Translations under genes and position numbers: made by a program
Shown: positions 17,774-27,446 of the stretch, in pieces
How positions within the stretch are numbered: the stretch's first letter is position 1
How the letters are laid out: every line of letters begins with the position of its first letter
The notes under the pieces: generated by a model
Databases searched by the model: none
Told to the model about the DNA's origin: nothing
Seen by the model: the letters and a program-made list of their open reading frames with translations, nothing else
NCBI RefSeq assembly: GCF_000829315.1
Contig: NZ_AP013028.1
Span: forward strand, 810,001-842,000
Length of the DNA stretch: 32,000 bases
Reading direction: 5' to 3'
Origin: Wolbachia endosymbiont of Cimex lectularius
GTDB taxonomy: Bacteria; Pseudomonadota; Alphaproteobacteria; Rickettsiales; Anaplasmataceae

Positions 17774-20767
17774 GTGACTACTCATGAGCAAAGTCAACGG
17801 ATAGATCGCGAAAGGTTAGATAAAGGGTTACTGTATATTTTAAATGAGTTAGCAAATTATAGTAATCTAAAGGAGAACATTCCATATATAAAATTCCTTT
17901 TAAGCTTAGGGGCTAATCCAGATGTACAGGATCTATGCGGAAAAACTCTGTTACACTGCGTTACTGAACATAATGATATTCAAGGTACAAGGTTTCTTTT
18001 AGAAGCAGGAGCTGATCCAAATGTGCAAGATCAAGATGACAAAACTCCTTTGCACAACATCTTGCACTATAACCAGTCTGGATATGATGATGTTATCGGA
18101 GTTCTCTTACAAAAAGGAGCAAGAATTGAGATCCAAGACAAAAGTGGTAATACACCACTACACTATGCTGCTTTTAATGGCCATATTAATGGAATAGAGT
18201 TGCTCATAGAACATATTATAAGTAACAAGCAAGATGATGTTATTAATCTTCCAAATGAAGAAGGAGATACAGCATTTCACCTAGCCTTTTACAATGCACG
18301 AGAGGGGCGCAGTATTGAACCTTTTCTTAAAGATGAATTAAATATAGGTTTTAGCATTAAAGGTTCAGAAGATACTACACCATTACTCGCTGCAGTAAGA
18401 AGTGCAGACTTAAATGTAGTAGAATCATTACTTACAAAGCTAGGAACAAGAATTGATGATAGAGATAGTAAACGTGGTGGTTCTATACTTCATCATGTTC
18501 TAGCTAGTCCGAATATTCCACCTGTTAGATATACTACCTCGCATTGTCCAACTCAGCAGCCAGATTTTGAATGCGAAAATGAACATGACGCTACTGACAG
18601 AATTATTAACACTGTTATTCATCATATTAAAAAGCATAAGATCAGGTTCGATATTAACTGCATTGATAAGGATGGGAACACACCATTGACTGTTGCAGTT
18701 GACCATGGAAGAGGTACAGTGATGGAACGACTTATAGCGGAAGAAGCTGATGTCAGTATAGTAAACAAAAACGGATATACAGCATTTCACTATGCAGTCA
18801 AGAGAAGAAGTTTTGAGATGTTAAAGACTCTCTTACCTAGAAAAGAAAAGAAAGACGAAAATGGTGTTACAGTTATTGATGAATGTGGTCTTATTATTGA
18901 AGAAATTGATGCAGAAAAAGCTAAGGAACTTCTTGGCGTAATAGATAAAGGGGGAAACACCCTTTTGCACCATGCAGTGAAGATGGGTTGTAGTGAGGAA
19001 ATAATAAATTTTCTTGTAGAGTGTGGAGTAGATATTAATAAGAAAAATAATAGTGGAGTAGCACCAATTCATATTGCTGCAAAATATGGGCATCCAAATT
19101 TAATAAGTTGTCTAATAAAGAACAAAGCAGATTGTAGTACCAAATGTGGTAATTTAACAAAATCACATATTGACAGCATAGGAATGGAGTGTCCTATTGT
19201 TATGGATTACATAAATGTTCAAGGCAGTGACATTAATAATAGCACTGTAAACACAGAAAATGGTAATGATTATAAGAAAGCTACACCCATATTGATAGCG
19301 GCTGATGGTGACAATATTGATGCTGTAAATATCTTGGCGTCATGGATGGCAAAAAAAAATATTCAAGATAGTGAAGGCTGGGATGCATTACTCATTGCTA
19401 TTAAAAGGGCTTGTAGTGAAGATTGTACAGGAGAAGAAAGACAAAAGATGTGCAAAGCTATTGCGGAGTTAGCATGTGATGCAAATTCTGGAGTTTTAAG
19501 ATGTTTAGATGATATGAAACACCAAGTTCTTGAAGAGCAACTGCGTGATAGAATAAGGAGCTTAGCAAAAAGCAGGCTAATTAATAATGACAAAATCCTA
19601 AATGTAAATATTTCGCCACAAGTAACAGGAAGAAAATTAGGAAGTTTGATTCAAATGTCTATTGAAACTAGGCAGCAAGGACGAGGAAAGCATTATATAT
19701 CAAAGTTATTTTCTAAAGATAAACTTTTAGAACCTATAGCTGATAAAGAAATTCACATGTACGAAAAGCGCGTTTGTAATAAATTAAAGAACATCATAGA
19801 AAATGCATTGAGATTATCTAATGACGATGAAATTCGAAAAATAGTCAAAGGAGCTTTTCATAATGCCTTAAGTGCTATAGAAAGCAGAAATGGTACAACT
19901 GCTTTGGTGGAAGGAAATACAACAAATTTTGACGGTAATTTTTATGGAGGGATAGGTTCTGGTGTAAAAGAAGCACCTGAAATTTACTATGATACCAAAG
20001 CTAACGTTGAGCAAGAGAATGCAGAACCGTGCGGAACCCAAGAAAAAGAGTTATTGCCAGAAATGGATGAAGGATCAAAGAAATCTGAAGGTTACATTAA
20101 CGGATTTTGGAAAAGTGCTGAAAGTGCAACCAGAAGAGGTAAATTAAAAAGTCTTGAAGTAGATGACGCTGCTTTCTTTCTAGAATATTCAGAAGACAGT
20201 ATAGTTGAGGTTGCGAAAGTTATAGATGGAACGAAAAAGTTAGGGCTTAACCAGGGAAATATAGCATGTGGTAGTAATGTAATAAAAATTGGAAAAAGTG
20301 AAGTAGAAATTATCACTGAAAATGATGTAAGGGATTATACTGACCTTGCGAATGGTAGTGATATAGTATTAACTTTCTACACCAGTCAGGGAGAATTAGA
20401 CGTTAGATTATATCCTGATAAGAAAGATCAAAACCTAATAAGGGTAGAAGTAAAAGATCAAAAGAAGTGGGAAAAATTAAGGAGTTGTGAAAAAGAAATA
20501 GGAAAAAATTGCTCACTTGGTGGGTATTCAGTGTACGATGCTATTGAACGTAGGTATTTCGAAAGATCTGGACATTTTCAATCTTGTGGAACAATTAGCT
20601 TATCTAAGAAAGCCTCAGAAGAAGTTAGAGCAGCAGTAAAAGATTTAAATCCTGGTAATGTGGAGAACTCTTTACCAAGTCATATATCCTGTCCAAAAAC
20701 GGTTAAATGGGAAGATGAAGTTAGCGCACAGAAGAGCAAACCTAGAGCTGATCAGTTTAAAATTTAA
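17774..20767 (+). CDS. Large ankyrin-repeat protein with a long non-ankyrin C-terminal region
   Basis: 997 aa; repeats CGKTLLHCVTEHNDIQGTRFLLEAGADPNVQDQDDKTPLHNIL, SGNTPLHYAAFNGHINGIELLIEH, GGNTLLHHAVKMGCSEEIINFLVECGVDINKKNNSGVAPIHIAAKYGHPNLISCLIKNKADCS. Roughly the last 400 aa lack the motif. Confidence 0.93.
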   Translation: MTTHEQSQRIDRERLDKGLLYILNELANYSNLKENIPYIKFLLSLGANPDVQDLCGKTLLHCVTEHNDIQGTRFLLEAGADPNVQDQDDKTPLHNILHYNQSGYDDVIGVLLQKGARIEIQDKSGNTPLHYAAFNGHINGIELLIEHIISNKQDDVINLPNEEGDTAFHLAFYNAREGRSIEPFLKDELNIGFSIKGSEDTTPLLAAVRSADLNVVESLLTKLGTRIDDRDSKRGGSILHHVLASPNIPPVRYTTSHCPTQQPDFECENEHDATDRIINTVIHHIKKHKIRFDINCIDKDGNTPLTVAVDHGRGTVMERLIAEEADVSIVNKNGYTAFHYAVKRRSFEMLKTLLPRKEKKDENGVTVIDECGLIIEEIDAEKAKELLGVIDKGGNTLLHHAVKMGCSEEIINFLVECGVDINKKNNSGVAPIHIAAKYGHPNLISCLIKNKADCSTKCGNLTKSHIDSIGMECPIVMDYINVQGSDINNSTVNTENGNDYKKATPILIAADGDNIDAVNILASWMAKKNIQDSEGWDALLIAIKRACSEDCTGEERQKMCKAIAELACDANSGVLRCLDDMKHQVLEEQLRDRIRSLAKSRLINNDKILNVNISPQVTGRKLGSLIQMSIETRQQGRGKHYISKLFSKDKLLEPIADKEIHMYEKRVCNKLKNIIENALRLSNDDEIRKIVKGAFHNALSAIESRNGTTALVEGNTTNFDGNFYGGIGSGVKEAPEIYYDTKANVEQENAEPCGTQEKELLPEMDEGSKKSEGYINGFWKSAESATRRGKLKSLEVDDAAFFLEYSEDSIVEVAKVIDGTKKLGLNQGNIACGSNVIKIGKSEVEIITENDVRDYTDLANGSDIVLTFYTSQGELDVRLYPDKKDQNLIRVEVKDQKKWEKLRSCEKEIGKNCSLGGYSVYDAIERRYFERSGHFQSCGTISLSKKASEEVRAAVKDLNPGNVENSLPSHISCPKTVKWEDEVSAQKSKPRADQFKI

Positions 20768-20870
20768 GTATTCTACTGGAATAGCTTTAACATTTTTCTG
20801 GGGAATGTTAAAAGCCTCATGATAATGTCTGGTTAATAGTTTAAGAAATTTTCTTGGCATTTATGGCTTT

Positions 20871-21003
20871 TCAAATAGCTTTAAGATCCTGCAGGCCAGT
20901 TGTTTGTTGTATTACGTCAATTGGAATACCTACCTCAAGTAAATTCTTTGCCACTTCTGTTTCCCCTATTTTTTTACCCCTTTCTTTATCAATCTGTATT
21001 TTT
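20871..21003 (-). pseudogene. C-terminal remnant of an Rpn/PDDEXK nuclease-family gene
   Basis: Reverse strand encodes QIDKERGKKIGETEVAKNLLEVGIPIDVIQQTTGLQDLKAI*, resembling the C-termini of the copies at 13086 and 23817. Confidence 0.65.
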
Positions 21004-21098
21004 TTAGATACTAATACCAATTCCCATTACACAGAAAGCAGATGGACAATAATGGAAAAAAAAGCCATACTGAAGTAAGTAAAATAGTCGAGGTTTAA

Positions 21099-21368
21099 AT
21101 GGCATTAAGATCAAAATTATTGGATGAAAAAGTGGTAGAGTCAGCAAGAAAAATGCTGAAGAAGGTAAGAAACAACGCATATGTTGCAAAAAAACTAGAT
21201 GCTGTAATTGCAGCAAAAAAAAGCAGTATAACAGCCGTAGCAAAGATATATTGTATTTCAAGAACCGCACTGACTATATGGATAAAGCACCTAAAATCTG
21301 GCAGAGAGGAAAAATTGTTTGCTCCTCCTCAACGCTCACTTTTACCCACAAATATAAAAAGTGAGTAA
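21099..21368 (+). pseudogene. IS630-type transposase N-terminal (HTH) fragment
   Basis: 89 aa MALRSKLLDEKVVESARKMLKKVRNNAYVAKKLDAVIAAKKSSITAVAKIYCISRTALTIWIKHLKSGREEKLFAPPQR, with no catalytic domain following. Confidence 0.6.
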
Positions 21369-21397
21369 GATAGATACCAAATAAATTTGGTGTCAAA

Positions 21398-22839
21398 ATG
21401 AGTGAAGTAAGTACAAATGCGCAATATACTGATGGCTTAGGGGATAAATGGCTGGAAAGAGAGTTAAAACACGTTAACTTGGGGGATATAAGGCTCAATA
21501 AGAGACTTATTAAAACAAGCTATTGTATAGAGGGTAAGGCATCTGAATCAAAGCTGTAGTAGATGGAAAGAAGCCAAGGGTGCGTACAGATTATTTAGCC
21601 ATGAAAAGCTCAAGGATAATGAAATTTATTCTTCTCATTATAAAGAAACTATGGAGAGAATAAAAGGAAATCAGTTTGTTTTTTCAGTTCAAGATACAAG
21701 TTATTTGGATTTTGACTCTCATATAAAAACCAAGAGGCTAGGTAGTATTTCTAAAGCTTATACGAAGCATAAAATGGGTTTAATGTTGCCATAGTGCCTT
21801 AATACTCAACAAGACCTTTAGGTTTATCCTCCCAACAGTGTTGGGCGCGTTCTATTAGGGAAGAAGAAACACACAGGAAAAAGCACACAGAAAATACTGT
21901 ACTTCCATAGAAGAAAAAGAAAGTTATAAATGGATAACAGCTCTCAAAGAAACTATAAACAACCTTCCTCCAAATGTACAACTTGTTACTCTTGGTGATA
22001 GGGAGGCAGATATCTTCAAATTTTTATGGGTTACTGAGACGTTAGGTAGTTTTTATGTAATCCGTAATCGAGCTAATAGAAAGTTTATCTGTACTGAAGT
22101 TGGTAAAACAGACTTGCAAACACGCATCGCTCAACTGCCAGTAAAAAAGAAAATTTCTCTGGAGGTTATTAAAGGTGGGCACCAGAAGTCAAGAAAAGCT
22201 AATATTGAAGTTAAGTATATGAAAGGTTATATACCCATCAGAGCTCCTTACATTTATGGATCAAAAGATACAGCACATAAAATAAGTGATAAAATCCCTG
22301 TATATGTGGTAAGTGCAAAAGAAACAAATCCTCCTGAAGGGTTGGAAACTATTGATTGGACCTTACTAACTAATGTACCGGTTAATAACACTTTAGATGC
22401 CATAGAAAGAATAAATTGGTATAAGCTAAGATGGAAAATAGGAGGGTACTTGAGAGTTTTAAAATCAGGATGTAAGATAGAAAGCTCTCGTTTAGCTACA
22501 AAAGAAAGATTACAGAAGCTAATTGCTATAAAGAGCATAATTGCATTTAAAATTTTATATTTGACAAAAGTAGCTTTATCAAATCCCATGGAAACCTGTA
22601 CTAAAATTTTAAGCAACGAAGAGTGGAAGGTCCTTTAAATGCGTGAGCATCGGATAGCCACATTACCCGAAGAACCTCCAAACATAAAACAAGCTGTTAT
22701 TTGGTTAGGAAAATTAGGTGGATTTATGAATAGAAAAAGTGATAATTTACCAGGGACTATGACTCTATGGCGGGGCTATGAAAACCTTAAGGAGAGCATA
22801 GTTATGCTTCACATAATGACCTCTCAAAATTGTGGGTAA
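21398..22839 (+). pseudogene. Tn5-like (IS4-family) transposase, decayed
   Basis: MSEVSTNAQYTDGLGDKWLERELKHVNLGDIRLNKRLIKT; VQDTSYLDFDSHIKTKRLG; LVTLGDREADIFKF; RIEAINWYKLRWKIGGYLRVLKSGCKIESSRL-like region in 22114..22638; then in-frame TAA followed by MREHRIATLPEEPPNIKQAVIWLGKLGGFMNRKSDNLPGTMTLWRGYENL. Several frame breaks upstream. Confidence 0.85.
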
Positions 22840-23503
22840 AAGTGAGCCTAAAAGGTTGGGGAATGGTTTCCTTAGTATTAGAAATTACATAATATACATT
22901 ATAGAAATAGCATGGAGGTCCTTCTTGGTAGAGGCTTTTATACTTTTCATTAAAAAGAAAGGGGAAGTGCCTTCGTGTAATGAGAAAAAAATCTTTTCCG
23001 GTAGTGATTCCTATACTAGACATTTTATTTTTAAAATTATTAAAGTGATACTTTAATAATTTACGTAGCCTTTTTTCAATATATACTTTAAGAAGATAAC
23101 CGCCACGGTCTGCCAAGATACCTATGCGATAAAGGTTGGCTCCGTGAACTTTTCTCAAGGTACAATACACTTCATGGGGTGTCGCTCCAGAATTCAGCAG
23201 ACTATTGATTCTTTCCTGGTTAGTATTTTTAATTATAAGGTTAATATGGTGATCAACCTTTTCTTTTATGCCTTCAAGAATGAACAAATGTTTATCAAAG
23301 ACTACCCATAAGTTTTTTATGTAGACCTTTATTGCCATGATTTCTGGATGGTCCTTAAACCTTTCAAAAACTTTTTCCAAGATCTCTTCTCTTTTTTTGG
23401 ATTTGATCCGTGCCTTGATGTGGCGGCTGTTGGTGTTAACTACGTGCACGCTACCACGCACCTCAAAATTATGACGTGTACGACAAGAACGAGTAGAGAT
23501 CAA
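22802..23503 (-). CDS. Hypothetical protein, family not recognised
   Basis: 233 aa; ...KIKARIKSKKREEILEKVFERFKDHPEIMAIKVYIKNL-like sequence. Flanked by decayed transposase sequence, so it could itself be a remnant. Confidence 0.4.
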   Translation of the reverse strand: MISTRSCRTRHNFEVRGSVHVVNTNSRHIKARIKSKKREEILEKVFERFKDHPEIMAIKVYIKNLWVVFDKHLFILEGIKEKVDHHINLIIKNTNQERINSLLNSGATPHEVYCTLRKVHGANLYRIGILADRGGYLLKVYIEKRLRKLLKYHFNNFKNKMSSIGITTGKDFFLITRRHFPFLFNEKYKSLYQEGPPCYFYNVYYVISNTKETIPQPFRLTFTHNFERSLCEA

Positions 23504-23816
23504 GCTTTTTTTAATATTTTTTTCTTGACTCTCTTTTTCGTTATGGTATTCTCTGTTTGGTTTTATCCAGTAGATCTTCGAATTTCCGCATCAGAAGTCT
23601 ACTTAGATTTTTATGTCGTGTAAAGTATAAAGTTATGCTTTGCACGATTTTCTCTCCAAATATGCAAGTCGTAGCGAAAAGAAATTGACCCTTTTTTGCT
23701 TTCACATATTTTTGTTTCTGAGTTTGTCATAGAGTGTGGTATACAATTTTTAGTATAAAAGTAATCCTACTATAAATTAATTAGTGTGTAAAGGGTAATT
23801 TTATTCTCAGGGTCTT

Positions 23817-24713
23817 TTAGTTCAGCTTTTCGATTTCGTCAGTAGATAATCCTGTTACCTTAGCAATGGTAGCAACATTCATGCCTTCAGCAAGCATTGC
23901 TTTTGCTATTTCAATCTCTCTTTCCTTCTTACCTTCCTTTTTTCCTTCCTCTCTACCTTCTTCTCTACCTTCTTCTTTAGCAGTATCAAGTCTGTATGCA
24001 AGGATGGCTTCTTCTTTCCGTAGATCCATTAACCTTTCTTCGTATGCCACCAGATCTTTCTCACTCCAGCGTTCCTTGTTTAACTCATCGTACGCTAGAT
24101 TTATTATTGGAGATTTTTCTGCTATATCTTTTAGGTCTTCATCTGTAGTGTCTTCTGCGTGTTTGAAAAAAAAGCACCAACGCTCTACTGTACTTTCCAA
24201 CTGTTCCACTTTGTCTTTTTTGAATTTAGGTAATTCAATGAAGACAAATTGAAAACCTTTCAGGTAATGTCCATTAGTTTTTACCTCTCGTATATTATGA
24301 GTAGAAATGTACCCAACCTCATCAGGAAACAGAATATTATTAGAGATGGCAATAAAGAATACTTTCTTTAAATTAATATATTCGCTACCTATTCCAGCCT
24401 GTCTTGAATAAGCTTTAGCAGCATATAGTTGTGCGCGTTCTTCAAAGCTTTTATCGCGAGCGAGTTGCATTTCAATCACGTATCTGTGACCACCAGAATC
24501 CTTGCAAAGAACATCAACTATGCTCTGCTTATCAGAGGCGATTTCTGGATCCATAATGGTGCTGAGAAACTCAACTTCTTGTATAGTATCTATTCCAGTA
24601 AATCCTAAAATATCATTAAGAAAGTGAATAAGGATATTCTTATTTCCCTCGTTACCAAATATTCTTTTGAATGTTAAGTCCAATTTCGGGTCTAGGAATT
24701 TAGAAAAAGCCAT
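23817..24713 (-). CDS. Rpn family recombination-promoting nuclease / putative transposase (PDDEXK), apparently full length
   Basis: 298 aa MAFSKFLDPKLDLTFKRIFGNEGNKNILIHFLNDILG...IVDVLCKDSGGHRYVIEMQLARDKSFEERAQLYAAKAYSRQ; EEGREEGKKEGKKE linker; C-terminal MLAEGMNVATIAKVTGLSTDEIEKL. Confidence 0.92.
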   Translation of the reverse strand: MAFSKFLDPKLDLTFKRIFGNEGNKNILIHFLNDILGFTGIDTIQEVEFLSTIMDPEIASDKQSIVDVLCKDSGGHRYVIEMQLARDKSFEERAQLYAAKAYSRQAGIGSEYINLKKVFFIAISNNILFPDEVGYISTHNIREVKTNGHYLKGFQFVFIELPKFKKDKVEQLESTVERWCFFFKHAEDTTDEDLKDIAEKSPIINLAYDELNKERWSEKDLVAYEERLMDLRKEEAILAYRLDTAKEEGREEGREEGKKEGKKEREIEIAKAMLAEGMNVATIAKVTGLSTDEIEKLN

Positions 24714-25201
24714 AAGAAATTCACTTAAAAAGCATTAGTAATTATACACTATTTTTTGCAGATATTCAATTCTTTTGTGTCTGAATTTTTTAAGCCTCGG
24801 ATGTGTTGATCAAAAAAATGACCTACGCAGATGGCCTTAGAATAGCATTTGATACTTTAGACGCTCTTTTTGTAAATTGCTCTATAAAGCGCCTTAAAAC
24901 CCCAGGCCATGAACCTAGCAGCTGTAATAGATATCAAAGATACCTATTTTTGGTGTGAAAGGCTAATCTCCTAACAAAAGTATGAGCGTGAAAACTCAAT
25001 TACGATTACCTACCATCGTGAGGACAGGTTTATTAACCTCCCACATTTTACATTATAGAGATCTTGAAACTCAATATCAACATATTTTAGTGGCAAATTT
25101 ATGTTAAAGCTATATCCTGTGTTTGGCAGCTTTGTTTATTATCCTGATAGTTTTTGCCAAGGCTTGTGATGCTTAGCAATATTGCCAATTAGTATAATAC
25201 G

Positions 25202-25583
25202 ATGCAAAATCTACACGAAGCATTTCATGATCATGTACTGCACTGTAGCATACAGAAGCAATATCGTTCTATTGTGGTGTTAAATGGAGAAATACCTGAT
25301 TCATCGTTTTTTAAACGGGATATACCTATTATTGCTGTAGATGGAGGAGCAAATAGGCTTTTATCAATTGGTGTACAACCTGATCTTGTAATGGGAGATT
25401 TGGATAGCGTAAATCCGAGTTTACGTGCTAGTTTGAATACAATATGCCTGCCTGATCAAGATTACTGCGACTTTTCTAAAGCAATGGCCCGCTTAAAAAC
25501 AATGAAGTTACTGCCATCGATAATAACGGGTATTACTGGAGGAGCAATTGACCACATACTACAGAATATCAACATTTTTCTAA
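25202..25583 (+). pseudogene. Thiamine pyrophosphokinase-like gene, 3'-truncated at IS copy 5
   Basis: IIAVDGGANRLLSIGVQPDLVMGDLDSVNPS and ITGGAIDHILQNINIF match the N-terminal catalytic domain of thiamine pyrophosphokinases (ThiN/TPK). The thiamin-binding C-terminus is absent. Confidence 0.82.
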
Positions 25584-26443
25584 GAACCTGTTTAAAATCT
25601 TCGTAACAGGAGAGAAATGAAGGAGAGGACTATCATCTGTAAGCTAGTGTTGAGCTTCCGCTCGCAATTTTTCCACAATCGCCTGCACTTTTCTAACCAG
25701 GCAAAAGAGCGTTCAACAACCCATCTTTTTGGCAATACGACGAAAGTGTGTAACTCACTTCGCTTTATTACTTCAACAGTCGCACCAATGATAGCTTTTA
25801 TTTGTGTTGCAAAATTTTCTCCTGTGTAGCCAGCATCAACCAGTATGTTTTTAACTTCAGAGAGGTTTGCTTTAGCATTTTCGACCATTTTCACAGCACT
25901 GCTACGGTCAGTTGCTTCTGCCGTTGTTACATAAATTGCATGTGGCAAACCTTGTGTATCAACTGCAATATGGCGCTTTATCCCTGAAATCTTTTTACCT
26001 GCATCATAGCCTTTTTTTTCAGCAGTATCTGCGTTTTTGACGCTTTGAGAATCAATTATACAAAAGCTAGTTTTCTCTTTCCGACCATTGCTGATATGGA
26101 CCTCTCCAACTAATTTTTTTTAAGACTAATTCCAACAAGCTTGGCTCTTCTCCACTCTTTTTACTCCACACTCGAAAATAGTAATATACGCTTTCCCATC
26201 TTGGAAAACCCTTTGGTAACATCCTCCACTGACAACCACTTTTTAAGACGTACAACACCCCACAAAATACGTCATACAAATCAAGTTTTCTTGGTTTTGT
26301 TTTCTGCTTGCTACTCTCCAAAATTGGCCTGATTTTTTCAAACTGCTCTTGACTTATATTACTTGGATAACTTTTCTGCATAGACACCTCATTATTAATC
26401 TATGCTTACTTTACCTCACATTTCCAAGATTTTAAACAGGTTC
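25584..26443 (-). mobile_element. IS5-family (IS1031-like) insertion sequence, copy 5
   Basis: 860 bp, flanked by TAA (25581-25583) and TAA (26444-26446). ORFs 26067..26387 and 25592..25948. Confidence 0.95.
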
Positions 26444-26445
26444 TA

Positions 26446-27235
26446 ATAAGCAAAGGAGCAAGTGTTAATGCGCAAGATGCTCAGGGGCAGACTCCTTTAC
26501 ATTTGGCTATTGAAAATGGCAAGAAAAAGATAGTAGATGCTCTATTAAAAGCACATGCTGATGTTGATGTGGAAAATGATGATGGAAAGACTCCATTACA
26601 TTTGACTGCCATATTTGACTATGCAAAGATAGCAGAAGCTCTACTAGAAGCAAATGCCAAAGTTAATGCAGCGGATAAAGGTGGAAATACTACTTTACAT
26701 TTAGCTGCTGAATATGGCCGTGTGGATACAGTAAAAGCTCTATTAAAAGTAAAAGGAATTGATGTTGATAAGATGAATAGTGATGGGGAAACTCCTTTGC
26801 ATTTGGCTGCCAAATTTGGCCATGTGAGTATAGTAAGAGCTTTATTAGATAAGGGAGCAGATATTAATGTAGTAAATAAGGATGGTGACACTCCTTTAGA
26901 TTTAACTGATAACGGAGAAATAAAAGCTCTATTACAAAGTATAAAAGATGCTAATGATGACACAGATATACCTCTGTCATCAAAGACCTGGTTACATATC
27001 CGCAGAATCTACTACACAAACAGAAGAGCAAACAAGCACCTTTTTTGACAGTTTTTTTAGTATGCTTACAGAGCCTATTTCATTAGTGGTATTGTTTTTT
27101 GGTGGTTTGATATCCTGGTTGTTTTGGTCTAGTACAGAAAAAACTGCAGGACATGTAGAACAATCTTATAACCCATTCGTTGGACTAAATGATAGTGATT
27201 ATAACGACCAAAACGATTTGTACCTCTTTCAATAG
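26446..27235 (+). pseudogene. Ankyrin-repeat gene, 5' end lost at IS copy 5, with a probable frameshift before a hydrophobic C-terminal segment
   Basis: ISKGASVNAQDAQGQTPLHLAIENGKKKIVDALLKAHADVDVENDDGKTPLHLTAIFDYAKIAEALL...; ORFs 26503..27048 and 26948..27235 overlap in different frames. The latter ends TEPISLVVLFFGGLISWLFWSSTEKTAG. Confidence 0.78.
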
Positions 27236-27446
27236 ATCATTTTAATTTAGCAACGTATGTTGTTAAGAACTTAAACAATCCAGCTATTCCCAGCGCCCAA
27301 AACCGAAGGTCGCTAGAATTTCTTGTATTTTTGTAGCTATACATCTTAAATAGAGCCATTTAAGATGGTTTGAAACCTGCTCCTGAAAACCGATTTCGAA
27401 GGGCCTTCCTTTATCTTCAATACAGCTTCTCACAAACTGCTTGTTG

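Noticed and set aside
20854-21078. 74-aa plus-strand ORF
   Set aside because: Antisense to the Rpn C-terminal remnant, which has clear family similarity.
23860-24020. Short direct repeats (cttcttctctacctt-like) considered as a regulatory or CRISPR-like array
   Set aside because: They encode the EEGREEGKKEG low-complexity linker of the Rpn-family protein.
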